A stretch of DNA of 64,000 nucleotides, taken from the NCBI GenBank assembly GCA_964016885.1, contig OZ024740.1:157728001-157792000 (forward strand), read 5' to 3'. The notes under the pieces were generated by a model that was not told the origin of the DNA, did no database searches, and worked only from the letters and a program-made list of their open reading frames with translations. This DNA comes from Eledone cirrhosa. Its lineage: Eukaryota. Shown one piece after another: positions 14,739 through 30,163 of the stretch. Position numbers and translations under genes: made by a program. Every line of letters begins with the position of its first letter. Position 1 is the stretch's first letter.

Positions 14739-14874
14739 TCATCATTTCTGAAGACAGCATATATATGTGAAGGTATGTATATTTCCTCTGATAGATTGTA
14801 ATATTTTTACATAGATCTATATGATATACATACCAACACACATATATATCCTAGAAACGATCGTAAAATGATGA
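14739..14874 (+). ncRNA. Type I hammerhead ribozyme with very long helix II
   Basis: UCAUCAUUU-CUGAAGA-[about 99-nt stem-loop]-GAAAC-GAUC-GUA-AAAUGAUGA. Helix I is a perfect 9 bp and helix III is palindromic (ACGAUCGU); predicted cleavage 14865/14866. Confidence 0.8.
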
Positions 14875-14928
14875 TTTTTTTAATATAAGGAGTTTGTTCT
14901 TTGTTTTTATTCATTGTTTTTATTAATT

Positions 14929-17158
<2,230 letters not shown>

Positions 17159-17333
17159 CCAAAATTAAATTAAGGTTGTCATGTCTGAGAGACATGCGCC
17201 ATACTCACTGCAGAATAAACTCAAAGATTCCAATGAATAGATCCGACAATTTTATATCAACTAGAAATAGATTGACACATAAATATGTGTCAATCTATTT
17301 CTAATTGATATAATATATATATATATAAATAAC

Positions 17334-17384
<51 letters not shown>

Positions 17385-17389
<5 letters not shown>

Positions 17390-17586
17390 AGAGAATTGGA
17401 TTCACAATCTTGAGGTTGTGAGTTCGATTCCTGGACCAGGCGATGCGTTATGTCCTTGAACAAGACACTTTATTTCACATTGCTCCTTCTACCTGGAGTT
17501 GCGACCGATAGATAGTATTAGCAACTGGAAAGACCGACGGAACATTGTTTCCTCGGTCCGATTTGACGAAAGTCGATCGACTGTCG
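17385..17586 (+). mobile_element. CORE-like SINE with distinctive 3' tail
   Basis: Near-identical to 46278-46498, including the tail GGAGTTGCGACCGATAG...GACGAAAGTCGATCG. Confidence 0.8.
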
Positions 17587-17603
17587 ATATATATATAAAT
17601 AAC

Positions 17604-17635
<32 letters not shown>

Positions 17636-17883
17636 ATATATATATATATATAAATAACATATATAAATAACATATATATAATATATATATATATATATAT
17701 AATATATATATAATATATATATAAATAACATATATATAATATATATATATAAATAACATATATATAATATATATATATAAATAACATATATATAATATAT
17801 ATATATAATATATATATATATATATAATATATATATATATATATAATATATATATATATATATAAATTATATATAATATATAT

Positions 17884-17925
<42 letters not shown>

Positions 17926-17998
17926 ATATATATAATATATATATATATAATATATATATATATAATATATATAATATATATATACATAATATATATAT

Positions 17999-18075
<77 letters not shown>

Positions 18076-18090
18076 TATAATATAAAATAT

Positions 18091-18223
18091 ATATTTATTA
18101 AAATAACAGATTAACGTTTAAGCAAAGAATCGCTGTTTTCATCCTTAACGGGATCTACTGAAAGTTTAAGGGTGAAAGCAGCGATTCTTTGCTTAAACTT
18201 TAATATGTTATTTTAATAAATAT
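18091..18223. repeat. Foldback of an element end also present at 47868-47960
   Basis: Arms 18091-18148 and 18166-18223. The arm sequence AAATAACAGATTAA..AGCAAAGAATCGCTG recurs at about 47890. Confidence 0.85.
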
Positions 18224-18329
18224 TTGCTCTACGGTTTTTATATATTTATTATTATTACTATAATATAATATATATATAATATATATATATATATAATATA
18301 TATATAATATATATAATATATATATATAT

Positions 18330-18360
<31 letters not shown>

Positions 18361-18602
18361 ATATAAAATATATATATATATATAATAGAATATATAATAT
18401 ATATATATATAATATAATATATAATATTATATATAATATAATATATAATATAATATATAATATTATATATAATATAATATATAATATTATATATAATATA
18501 ATATATAATATAATATAATATATAATATTATATATAATATAATATATAATATTATATATAATATTATATATAATATAATATTATATATATATATATATAT
18601 AT

Positions 18603-18690
18603 ATTTACCATTCTGCATTGTCGAGGCTTCCTAAATATGGTATATTTCTTTAAGCCGTTTAGGAAGCCTCGACAATGCAGATTGGTAAAT
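18603..18690. repeat. Foldback inverted repeat at the 5' edge of a TA-flanked element
   Basis: ATTTACCATTCTGCATTGTCGAGGCTTCCTAAA and its near-perfect reverse complement. Confidence 0.85.
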
Positions 18691-19000
18691 CTCCGGCTAA
18701 CAAGATCTGGTGGTGGAGAGAGAGATGTGAGCGTACGTTGAGATGTGTAGCGTGTAGAAGAATGTAGGAAAGAGCGTAAAGGATAAAAATAATAACACGA
18801 GATAGAGTTACCTTGGGAGAGATTTGATTGCCCCTGTCTTATATATATATATGGTTATGTAAATCATGATGTATTAAGTTAATTATACAAATCATCTATC
18901 GTAGATGTGGTATTTCGTGGTTGGTGCAGGAAAGGAGTTAAACATTCATGCAAAAACAACAGAAGGCCGGAATGGGGATATTCCTTTTAAAGTTGTAATG

Positions 19001-19080
19001 TTACATATACGTATTTCAATAGCCTAGTTATATTATCCAACCATAATTCATGACTTAGGCGATTTCATCAGGTCTGGTTT
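19001..19080 (-). ncRNA. Hammerhead core with intact helices II and III but poor helix I
   Basis: CUGAUGA-AAUCGCCUA...UAGGCUAUU-GAAA-UACGUA-UA. Confidence 0.55.
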
Positions 19081-19833
19081 TCAAAATTCGTTAATATATA
19101 TATATATATGTGTGTGTGTGTGTACATATTATGGCAAAGTGATGAGCCTTGTTATTCTGGAATGTCATATTTTGGGTTTTAAACTTCATATGACACGAAA
19201 TAATAATGATAATAATAAAACATTATTTAGAAGAATTTGGTAGTATCGGCAGAGCGCGGATAAAATGTTTTGCGGTATTCAGGGACGACGTTCTACGTTC
19301 TGAGTTCAAATTCCGCCATGATCAACTTTGCCTTTCAACCATCCGAGTCGTCCGATACTATAAACTACCTTTCACGTACTGGTGTCGACCTAATTGACTT
19401 TCCCTTTTCATAATTTATTGGCCTTGTACCTAAATTAGAAATAATTTGTTCCTATTTTAAACTTTGTTCTAGATTTGATAAGTCATCAATATATATGTGG
19501 ATTCAGTTAGCAAGTCTTTACTCCCTTTATGTTTTCAAGCCGTTTTGCTATAGGTCCAAGATTACTGGATATATAAGAGGTCTAAAATGCACTAAGTATA
19601 TTTTATCTACTAATGGACATCTACCGCCAATAATGACGGTCATGGTGTTGAATATAATTTCGGGAATCTAAGATTTGTAGACCATATACACCAGAGTTAC
19701 TGGTTATATGGACAATTATACAAATTGGGGAATTGACGTTAGTCTATATTTTAAGTTGATTATTGACACATGAAAGCGATTAAATATAAGAATGATATTT
19801 TAATAAATCATTTCTAGATACATAGATGTTTAG

Positions 19834-19864
<31 letters not shown>

Positions 19865-19876
19865 TTAATATATAAA

Positions 19877-19932
19877 GGGCTTCTATAGGACTAGAGCTGT
19901 TTCATTCGGGAGAAATCATCAGGAAAAAGCCT
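19877..19932 (-). ncRNA. Degenerate minimal hammerhead
   Basis: GGCUUUUUC-CUGAUGA-UUUC.CCC.GAAU-GAAAC-AGCU-CUA...GAAGCC. G16.2 is replaced by C. Confidence 0.45.
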
Positions 19933-20047
19933 ATATATATATATATATATATATATACGGCTAATTCTGGACCTATATATATATATATATAGGTCCAGAA
20001 TTAGCCGTCGAAATGGCTTGAGCTCAGCCGTCAGGGTCTTACTCGTT

Positions 20048-20088
<41 letters not shown>

Positions 20089-21949
20089 CAAATGGTATAT
20101 AAGATTAAATATATGATGAGTAACTTTGGAGAAATAACTATTTACATGATGAAATGTAAAGTTAGAATCCAGGAGCTTGTGACTGGAAAGCGACACAGAC
20201 GAAAATAAATATATATAAACATACAAACACACGTGGCATATCATTGTGTTCGATTACATTAAGTAATAAATGAGGCAAAGTCGATCAAGATGAGCTACGA
20301 ACCAGGCACATGGAGGAAAAAGCCATAAAATAGTTGTGTTGTGGTTCAGCTAACGATCTACCAATGCCATTAACTCAGCAACTTTTTTTAGAAACTAAGT
20401 GAAAAATCATTTATTTAGTAGTAGTAGTAGTAGTAGTAGTAAAAGGGATGGTAGTCACCTCTGGCATGTCTTTTGATCATGGGTTTGTTTAACCAGAGTT
20501 GATGTGGGCGACTAAACAATAACAACTAGCGTTGAGGGTGTGTGTCCGGGAAATATACATATACACCAGGTCCGAACAAAAAGAATCAAACTCCCACTGT
20601 CACTGCTTCCGTCTCACCCGCTCACCCCCATTTCTCCACTATTATGAGTAAATGGGGGGGGGGGGGGCACGGCCTCGGCAGACAGGATAGAGAAGGCGTT
20701 TCTCCGGAGGATGAGGGAGACACAGTGGAAGAGCCATACCATCTCGCGAGGGTCACACCTGTAGGTAGTCAACCCTGTGCCGATGGTGGTAAGCAGGGAG
20801 GTGGCCCTAGGACCAAGGACACCAGGTAGTAGTAGTAAGTGTTGTTGCTGTTTCGTTCTGGTTATTTGTTTCTATTGGTGTTTCCTTATAGTTGTTTGTT
20901 GCTGTTTGAAAGTTTTTTCCAACCTTGACCATCCCACTTTTCTTTTTATGAAGTAGCATATCTAGGATTAAATTATCAAATCTATTCCTTTTTTATATAC
21001 GAATGGGAGTTGTGATTTGAGTGTGGATTTGTTTGCTATTTTTAGCAGATCTGTATCGACCCTCTATAGGAGTATTATTATTATTAGTAGTAGTTATTTT
21101 TAAGGCCCAGATCAACCACACTCAAGCAGAGATATGTTGAAAGGTATTTCAGTCGTTATTAGCCTGGTATAATGTACGTGAACTATATTATCCGATGTGT
21201 CCTTTCATTCTTTTTATAATTTTTCATTTTTTTATCTAACATTTTTAAGATGTTAAAGTATGATGTGACGGAAACTTGGTTACTATCTTCAGTATATCAA
21301 GTAACCACGTAGTGACTTTCTTGAAGTTGTTGCTGCTTGTAGTTGTTGGTAATGCTTTGCGTCAAATGTTCTGATTCTTTACGTTCTGAGTTCAATTCTT
21401 CTTGAGGTCAACTTTACCTTTTATCCCTGTATCGATAAAATAAAGTACCAGACAAGTTTTGGTGTCGATATAATCAACTTTGCCCATCCACAAATTGCTG
21501 GATTTGTGCCTAAACCATGGATCATTTAGTAGTGCACGTACAGAAGTTTGATCAAGGGTGTTCTAGTTGGGATCATCGTGTTTTCCGTCATTATCACGTG
21601 TTGTCTGTTCTCGTTAGTTTAAATGCTATGGATGGCTCAAATGCTATCCGCAGTTAACTATGGATGCATATATGGTGAGGCGCCAATATTCTTTATAATG
21701 GCTGGTAGGCCACGGTGGGATTTGAACTCAGAGTACAAAAGTCTGTAAGAAATACCGTAAGCTATCCTGTCCGGCACTTTAACAATTGTGCCAGTTCACT
21801 GCCCTCGCCTGACACTTTCTTTATCAACTCCTAAAGGACAAAAGACAAAATTGACCTCGGTGCGGCTTGAATTTAGAACATAAAAAGCCGAAATAAATAC
21901 CGTAGAAATTTCTTACCGTTTTCACATAGTGTGAAAGTTATACATACAC

Positions 21950-21989
<40 letters not shown>

Positions 21990-22106
21990 CAGAATGAATG
22001 CAGTAGAAACCAGTTTGATCATTACTCACCAGAGCAGGAGCTCAGCCATCAGGGTCACGAACCCTTCTTATGTATATGCACACACACACACACATATATA
22101 TACATA

Positions 22107-22149
<43 letters not shown>

Positions 22150-22354
22150 TAACTTGGACACCATTATCTTATTGAAGATGACATGGTTTAATTCGACGAA
22201 AAGTTTGGTTGCTATTTGTAACAAGCTACATTACTATTAAGAGATCTCCTGGCTGTGATAACGAGGTCATCTATTTTATGTGTGTGTAGGTGAGGGTGTT
22301 TTTTATTGTTTATTTTCTGTTGTTGTTAAAGGTAGTGTATAAAATGGGACTTAC

Positions 22355-22408
22355 CTGTGTATGAAATACCAATAATACTCCGAATAGCACAAGGCAGAAG
22401 TTCGACAT
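22355..22408 (-). CDS. Candidate first coding exon encoding a signal peptide (MSNFCLVLFGVLLVFHTQ)
   Basis: Kozak-like GCCATG, 18 codons with a hydrophobic core, and a consensus donor CAG|GTAAGT (phase 0). No downstream exon identified. Confidence 0.5.
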
Positions 22409-22668
22409 GGCTGTATGAATACTGTCACTTTTAAGAACCATTTTTGTTATTTAAACGTAAATAAAACCCGAAATTTTGGTTTTCCGGCTATGAATCTATG
22501 TATGTTTATATATGTATGTATCAACGTATGTATATATATATATTTATATATATATATATATATCCGTTGTTTGTTTTGGTAGTTATTGTAATTTTTAAAT
22601 TCTTCGCTTTCCGTATTAGTTATCTTCTTCCACTTATTTCTTCTTTCCTTGTGTCCTTTATTAACTAC

Positions 22669-22699
<31 letters not shown>

Positions 22700-22711
22700 G
22701 TATGTATTTCA

Positions 22712-22779
22712 ATTGTCTATTGCCGGATGAGCGTGCTTGTTCTTCTACACGTGTAGGAAACTCTGAGTTACAAAACAAT
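22712..22779 (+). ncRNA. Degenerate hammerhead (U4G)
   Basis: AUUGU..UUGC-CGGAUGA-G...GAAACUC-U-GAGUU-ACAAAACAAU. Confidence 0.45.
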
Positions 22780-23366
22780 GAATAAGTGACAAATTTCCTA
22801 ATAAATGTAAACTCTGTGACGTGGTTGGGTTCGCTTTTTTGCTATTTAGATTGTAAACAATAACGCGAATATATATGTATATATATACACACAGGTTTGT
22901 ATATTTTTTCTTTCTCACTCGTTTTTTTTTTTTTAATCAGTCCTTTTTAGCAAAAGAGATATATATATGTGTATGCTATGATAACAACAATTATAAAATT
23001 GCGTGCTAATGATATCAATTAACAATTAATAACACTTATCACTTATATTAATGAAATAAAATTGTTGTGTTTGCTGTTTTTCCTTTGTCACGACACTTGT
23101 TATTACTGTTGATGGTAATGTTGATATTGTTCTAGTTGGCTTATTAAGTTGACATGATGATGGTATGGATGGTGTGTCTTATGGCGATGGTCGTACCGAT
23201 AGTTCGATTCCAGTTCAAGTTCTTTGTTCGTGTTCAACAGCAATGCTGTTGGTAGTGGTGACGTTGTTGTTGGTGTTATTGTTATTGTTTTCCAAAATAT
23301 TCTTGTGCTTCCTTGCAATCTCGCATGAAGAGAGAATAGTATTCGAAGAAAGTGTGTTTCCTCCTT

Positions 23367-23398
<32 letters not shown>

Positions 23399-23779
23399 TA
23401 TATACACACTCACATATATACACACTCAAAACTTTTTTGAATGCTGACGTAGGGAAATCTATTTACATATATATATATATGTGCGTCTGTGAGTGTGTAT
23501 ATGTGTGTATATGTATATATTATTTCATTTTATTTTTGATGATGTTGCTATAGTTGAGACGGATGTTTCAATATTTGTAGTTCTTCTTATGGGCTTTGTT
23601 ATGTTATTGTTATTTGTGATGATGGTGGTTGAGCTTTATGAGAGAGGAATACCGAGAGAGACAGTGAGAGAGAGAGAAAGAAGGAGGCAAAGAGGGGGAC
23701 GGAGGTGTTTTCCAAAGACCATGAAGCATGCTTCAATGAGGACGGACGGTGGGTTTTTTGTATTGATAATGTTTAACTG

Positions 23780-23844
23780 AGAAATGATGGCGTTGTTGGT
23801 TCCGTTGTTGTAACTGTTGTTGTTGTTGAATTAGCTACTGTAGT

Positions 23845-23886
<42 letters not shown>

Positions 23887-25901
23887 CATGTTTAAACAGT
23901 GATGATGTTAGTGTTGCTGGTTGTTGTGGTGTTAATGGTAAGGCTGTTCCGTTACACGGAAATGGTTTGCATGCTAGTGGTGGTGGTGGAGGTTGTTTGG
24001 ACCAAGTTGTAGTATGGAGATGGAGGTGGAGGTGGGAAACAATGTGAGTAGGTTTAAACAGGCATTGATAGTACTTGCTGATATTCCTGTTGTTGTTGTT
24101 GTTGTTGTAGTTGTTGTTGTTGTTGTTCTTGGTGGTGGTGGTGGTGTTAGTGGTGGTGCTTGTGGAAGAAGTTGTAGTAGATATAGGAGGAAGAGGTGAG
24201 ATGGTTTAAACAGGCGTTGGTAGCACTTGCTGATAATGTTGTTGGTATTGTTGTTGTTGTTGTCATTGGTGTTCTTGGGGAGGGGGAGGGCGGGGTAGAG
24301 GTGATAGTAGTGATGTTGATGGTGGTAGTGGTAGTGGTGGAAGAAGTTGTAGTATATAAAGAGGAGGTGTGAGTTGGTTTAAACTGACATTGGTCGTATC
24401 TGCTAATATTCTTCTTCTTCTTGTTATTGCTGTTGTTGCTGTTGTTGTTGTTGTGGTGGTGGTGGTGGTGTAGGTGGTAGTGGTGTGGGGTGTGTGTGAT
24501 AGTAGTGTATGCTTGTTTTTAGTAGTGTTAGTTTCATTTTTTTTTTCTTTTGGCCGCCGTTGCGGCTGCTGCCGCTAACACCACTGTTGCTGCTACTACT
24601 GCTACTGCTGTTGCAAATGCTGCTACTATTGCTGCTGCTACTGCTACTACTGCTGCTGCTGCTGCTGCTGCTACTATTGCAGTTGCTGTTGTTGCTGATG
24701 TTGCCGGTACTGCTACTGTTGCTGTTATTGTGGAAGCCGGCAATTGTGCTGAATGTGCTGATAGTGATTAGGATGAGGAAGATGGTGGTGATGATGTTGA
24801 TGTTGATGATGATGATAGTGACGATGAGAGTGTTGGTGTTGATAGTGGTGGCGATGATGATGATGATGATGACGATGACGATGAGAAGGAGGAGGTAGAG
24901 GGAGAGGAGAAGGGGGAGGATGAGGAGGAGGAAGATGGGAGAAGGAGGATGAGGGGAAGAATAGGAGGAGGGGGAGGATGGTAATGATCACGGGGCGTTG
25001 TGTGGCAGTGTCGACGATGGTGATTGTGGTAGTGGTGGTGGTGGTGGTGGTGGTGTTTCTTATGTTGACAGCAATTATTATGGTGCAGGTGGTGGTAGTG
25101 GTAGTGGTGGTAGTTGTAGTATTTCAAGGGTGTTGGTGTTGGTTGTGATAACGGTAGTAGCGGTGGTGGTGATAAAAGTGGTGGCGATTTTGATAGTGTT
25201 GGTGTTGTTGTTGTTGTTGGAGATAGTGGTGGCGATGACAGTGTTATTATTATTGATGTTGATGATGTTTGTGGTACTAATAATGGTGGTGGTGGTGGTG
25301 GTGGTGGTGGTGGTGGCGGTGGTGGTGGTGGCGGTGCTGGTAGTGTTATGATATTGCTATTTATTTCACACCTAAATCAAACCGATGAAGCAGACCTATG
25401 TTCCAAAGCATTCCAGCCATGACTGTCTCATCTAGTCTATCACGGACCGTGTGTTCTATTTTAAATGTTACTAGGGTGTCATTTGAGGGGTATTTGATTG
25501 CTATTTCTAGCAGGTTTAGTGACCACAAAGAGGAATCCCTCTGTAGTATTGTCTACAGACGTGGCGATGTGGTGTATAGGAAGTGATTGTGTGTTTGTAG
25601 TACTGGTAGTAGTAGCAGCCGTAGTGGCTGTGGTAGTGTTTGAATGTGTGTGTATTGGGGGTGAGGGGGGGGGGGGGGGGGGTAGTCACCATTGATAGTA
25701 TTAGTAATGGTTGTGTTGATATTATTATTGATGGTTGTGGTAATGTTGATAACGGTGATGGTTGCTATAGTGGACATGATGGTAACGGTAACAGTAGCGG
25801 TGAAGATAGTAATGGTAATAGTGATGGCGGTGATGATGACGATGAAGAAGATGATGACGATGATGATGATGATGATGATGGTGATGGTATTGCTGCTGTT
25901 G

Positions 25902-25933
<32 letters not shown>

Positions 25934-26125
25934 GGTGGTAGTGGTTGGCTTGGTTGTTTAATGGTGATATTTGCTTATTGCAATTATGTAGTTAGCAGTC
26001 GGTTATCAGTGTCGGGTGTTGTTTGTATTGATGTTAGTGATGATGATGATGATGATCTTGGTATTGGTGATAATGATGGTGTTAGTTTTGGTGTTCGTTT
26101 GGGTGTAGATGGCTATCGATGTTGA
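23780..26125. repeat. Low-complexity trinucleotide field (GTT/GGT/GAT/GCT)
   Basis: Directly visible. Contains three diverged tandem units of about 175 bp at 24005-24440. Confidence 0.9.
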
Positions 26126-26382
26126 ATACAACATCTCCAATATCAACAGTGATAGCCACCAACAACACCGATATATTTGAAAAGGAGGGGGGGTAAAGGG
26201 AGGTTGTAATCGAAAGTATCGATTAATTGCACCTGCCTAGTCATTATTTTAACAATCTTAAAAAGATAAATTAAAAAGTTGACACGGGAAGAATTTGAAC
26301 TCTAGAACATTGAATTACTATGATATATTTACGTCAGTCATTTCAGCGACCACACAGCCTTAAAAGTATTATATTAAATACT

Positions 26383-29300
26383 ATCATTTCTTTATTGGCC
26401 ACAAGGGCCGAAACATAATACAAAATACAGAGCCTTGGGGATTTACAAAAAGAGGAAAAAATGCAAAACGTGTAAACAAATAAAACACATAATAAACAAC
26501 AAAATTATAACAATAAAAATTTACCAATAGGGGGAGCACTACCCATGAGTAATTTACAAACCCCACAGACTCAAAACCACCCTACTCCCCAAGAGCTCTT
26601 TAGGCGGGTGCTACTCTTCTCATTAAACTCCCTAACCTACAGAGGCATGGTCAGAGTAGGCGCATTCACTCGTGCCATTCTCGCTACATTCACCCACCTT
26701 TCAACAACAGTACTGGGGAGAAGCATCACGACTCTCTCCACCCTCACATAGCTTTCCATGTGGAACTTGGAAAAATTGGCCGAAGAGGAATGTATCTGTC
26801 TTCAGTCCTTTCAGAAGTGTCCACCATACAATATATTTCGCTACAACCACCACATAGAGGAAAACTACTTGCCGTTCCCAACAAAAAGATGTCGGTGGGC
26901 TGATCTTCGCGTTACACTTAGTCGATAGTCGGATTCGTCCTGCATGCGATAATAACTGTTCGATAAACTTTCTCAAGTCAGCAATGCTCAGGCACAGGAT
27001 GAGTGCGTGCAGAACGGTTTCATCGCCCTGCGCACATCTCAGACATGTCTGTCTGACTGTACTTCCCTACCTGTAGGGTTTGTCTCGAACTGGCTGTGCA
27101 CCCCCCACCCCACCCACCCCAATATAACTGTCAAGCTAAGGATTTATGAAATTTGCCCATAATCCCCGGCATGAAAGTTCTTCTGAATAAATTGGTTCGA
27201 TTTCATGGATGTTCAGAGTTTCTCTGAGAACGTCGTCGCACTTATCCACCACTAGTTCTCTATAGGACGCAAGAGTGGAGTTTTCACAAATAAGGACCAC
27301 ATATGTTCACCGTTTAGGAATATCTGGAGGTGCCGTAGCTTCAGTGCATGTGTGTGCATCATTAGCCACAGCATGTCTAGCCCTCCGCGTAGAGGGTAAT
27401 GGCAGTAGACGCACCACCTTAGCAGTGAAAGCCGTCCCTCCTATTTGAAGAGCAGGCGCTCCAATTTGGTGAAAAGTGAGTCTAGTCAAGGCACGACGGC
27501 CAGTTGGTAATAGATGATGGACTCGATGTAAGCGTTTTCCACCTCCACCAACTCCACCCGACATTTCAAGGATTGCTTTCTCTCACCCAATTTCTGGGTG
27601 AGAGTGGCCAACCAGCTCGTTACTTCGTCCTAACTCTTATCAACCTGGGTGTCGACGACGACGCTGCTGAAAGGCATGGGTTTTCCTCTCCTGGTGCTGA
27701 GCTACAAACTAACCGACGATCCCATGCCACCTACGTTTATACATTCTACTCTTATACATGCTACTCTTATACATTCTACTCTTATACATGCTACTCTTAT
27801 AGTTATGTTTGCTGGTTAGAGTTGAGAGTACAGAGATAGATCTACTTACTCTCCGATTGCTGTTGGAGGTTGGTGGTTCGATTTTCATGTCCGGTTCGTG
27901 TTCCTTTGGAAATCCCTATAAAAGCCTATTTGTCGCTCTTACATTGGGCGTTCCCACATCATGCGTGTAGCTCTCTTTAATGTTTTGATATATCTGTGAT
28001 ACCATTTGCACCATCATCAGCGTCTTGGCCCTTTGAACCCCCCCCCCCCCATCTCTGCCTCTCTCTCTCTTTATTGTGTGCTATGAGGGCCATAAATTCT
28101 TGGTTGGTTCTTCTTTCTAGCACGAGGTTTAGTGTCTGTGTGGTTAATTGTTGTTTTCCGTATTTTCGATTGTTTGGTTATGCTGCTGGTGATAGCGGTG
28201 GTAGTGTTGGCGGATGTGGTGTTGGTGTTGTTGTGGATGTGTCTGTATTTGTTGAAGGTGTGTTGTTGTGTGTTGGAGTGCAGCAGGATGTTTTTGTTGT
28301 TGTTGTTTTTGTTTGTTTGTTTATTATGGTATTTTGTGGGGGTCCTACCTCTCTTCCTTCCTGCGAGAAGATGAGATTTCTGTATCTGAGCCATTTGACT
28401 CTGATAGGTGTTGTAGTGTGTGTATGTGTTTTGAAGAGGGGGGGGGGGTATGTGGGAATACACCTGGATGGTTTTAAAGTTTCTTGTAGTTGTTATTAAT
28501 GGTGATGGTTCTTTTTCTACTTTTGGTGTTATTGGTGGTTTTTCTGTTGCTGCTGTTGGCGGTGTTGCTGATGAAGCAGTTACTGTTGTTGTTGTGGCTT
28601 TGATGGGGGTCTTCGTGTTTTTCTGTCTTCTGTTGGGGGAGGGGGTGGGGGTGTAAAAATCTCTCAAGTGACCTGTTTTTCCCACACAGATGGCAACGAG
28701 GTCGTCTGTTCTCAACTATTGCCTACAGATCTACCTTTCCTGGAAGACGAATGAGGTTTGGGATCTTGTGGATATCATCTGGTTTGATGTGGAGTAGTGC
28801 CTCCACAATGATCCAGGACCAATTTTCTCGTCTAGTTTTATTCATCCAGGAGTGTGTTACTTCCTTCTATGACGATGCAGGCATATCCACCAGATATTCA
28901 CATCCGGTGGGATCCCTGAGATCTTTGACCATTACCGTCATTCTTCCTAAATATGATGGGTAGAGCACATATTTCTCGCTCCGACCGAGTAGCATGGAGT
29001 GTTTAACAGCAAGAGCGTCACTTTAAAAACATTGAAATGCTCGCATACTGCCTGGCCCTCGCAATATGCTGAACATTGGATATTACCTCTTAAACTGACC
29101 ATTCAAAGTCTGTCTGATTTTCTGGCTCTGGCTGTTTCATGGTTGTAGAAATGCATTTGTAGATCATAGTTTCTTTTTTGGTGGGGGAGGGGCATCTGCC
29201 AACACCTGGCTATGTCAGTCTATGGTTTCTCTACTGTCATTAGTTTGGTCGCTTGGGTCAATCATGTCACATTTTCTATAATATTCATGACGAATGCTTC

Positions 29301-29900
29301 AATTGCTTTGGCAGCCATTGCTGCAAATGTAAATGTTGTTGTTATTGCTGTTGTTGTTTTTGGTGTTGCCATTGTTGTTATTATTACTGATGTTGCTATA
29401 TTCGTTTTTATTGTTGTCGTCATTTGTGTTGTTGTTATTTGTATTACGGTTACTTTTCTTTTTTGTTTTATGATATGTTTTGCTGTTGCAGTGGTGGTGG
29501 TTATGGTGGTGTTAGTGACGTTGTGTTTGTTTTAGTTGTGTTTGTTTTAGTTACTCTTGTGAATGTGGTGTTAATGTTTTTAAAGGCGGGAAGTTCGCCT
29601 CGTAATTCTCCTGTTCAGAGCTCGTTATTGCTGCTGCTCTCGTTCTTTGAACTTTGGCTGTTTCATCTTGTAGACAGCTCGGTGTTTCTCTTGTTGGTAC
29701 TGTAACTGTGGTTACTGCTGCTGCTGTTGTTGTTGTTTTCGGTGTCTGTAGTGGTGGTGGTGGTGACAGTGGGGACGCTGGTCGACACGTGGCTGTTCTG
29801 ACCTGCAGAAAGATCACTTTTAAATACGGAGGAGGAATTTTTGTTGTCCGCTATAAATTTTGAAAAAATACTGAAGGGTGTGTTCGGAAAACGAACACAG
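26383..29900 (-). mobile_element. Tx1/L1-like LINE, degraded, most of ORF2 deleted
   Basis: 3' end CCCTTGTGGCCAATAAAG. ORF2 C-terminus EQLLSHAGRIRL..VWWTLLKGLKTDTFL is homologous to 61608-62000. An ORF1 zinc-knuckle remnant (RRPRCHLCG..GHL) lies near 28670-28715. Confidence 0.75.
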
Positions 29901-29994
29901 GTTTAGCCACTAATAGAAACAAATAGAAAACAAATTAACCAGCTCACGAAGATCCTAGTTAGTTTATCTATGAAACAGTAACAAATATTGAACA

Positions 29995-30146
29995 TATGAG
30001 GGTAAGTCAAAAATTATCTACACTTTCACCATAAAATACCTTTAGATTTGTCACACTGCTTTCTGCACCGTGCGGGCTTATAGGTGGTACTATTGTGGTC
30101 ACGTGATCACGCCATTTCCCACGCTGCTGTTACAGTGTAGACGTGT
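29995..30146 (+). mobile_element. Possible mariner-type terminal fragment
   Basis: TA-TGAGGGTAAGTCAAAAATTATC resembles mariner TIRs; no partner TIR seen. Confidence 0.4.
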
Positions 30147-30163
30147 ATTTTGCGTGTAATAAT

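Noticed and set aside
24509-26125. Poly-L/A/V/H/D ORFs
   Set aside because: Trinucleotide repeats open in several frames on both strands, with no splice or domain support.
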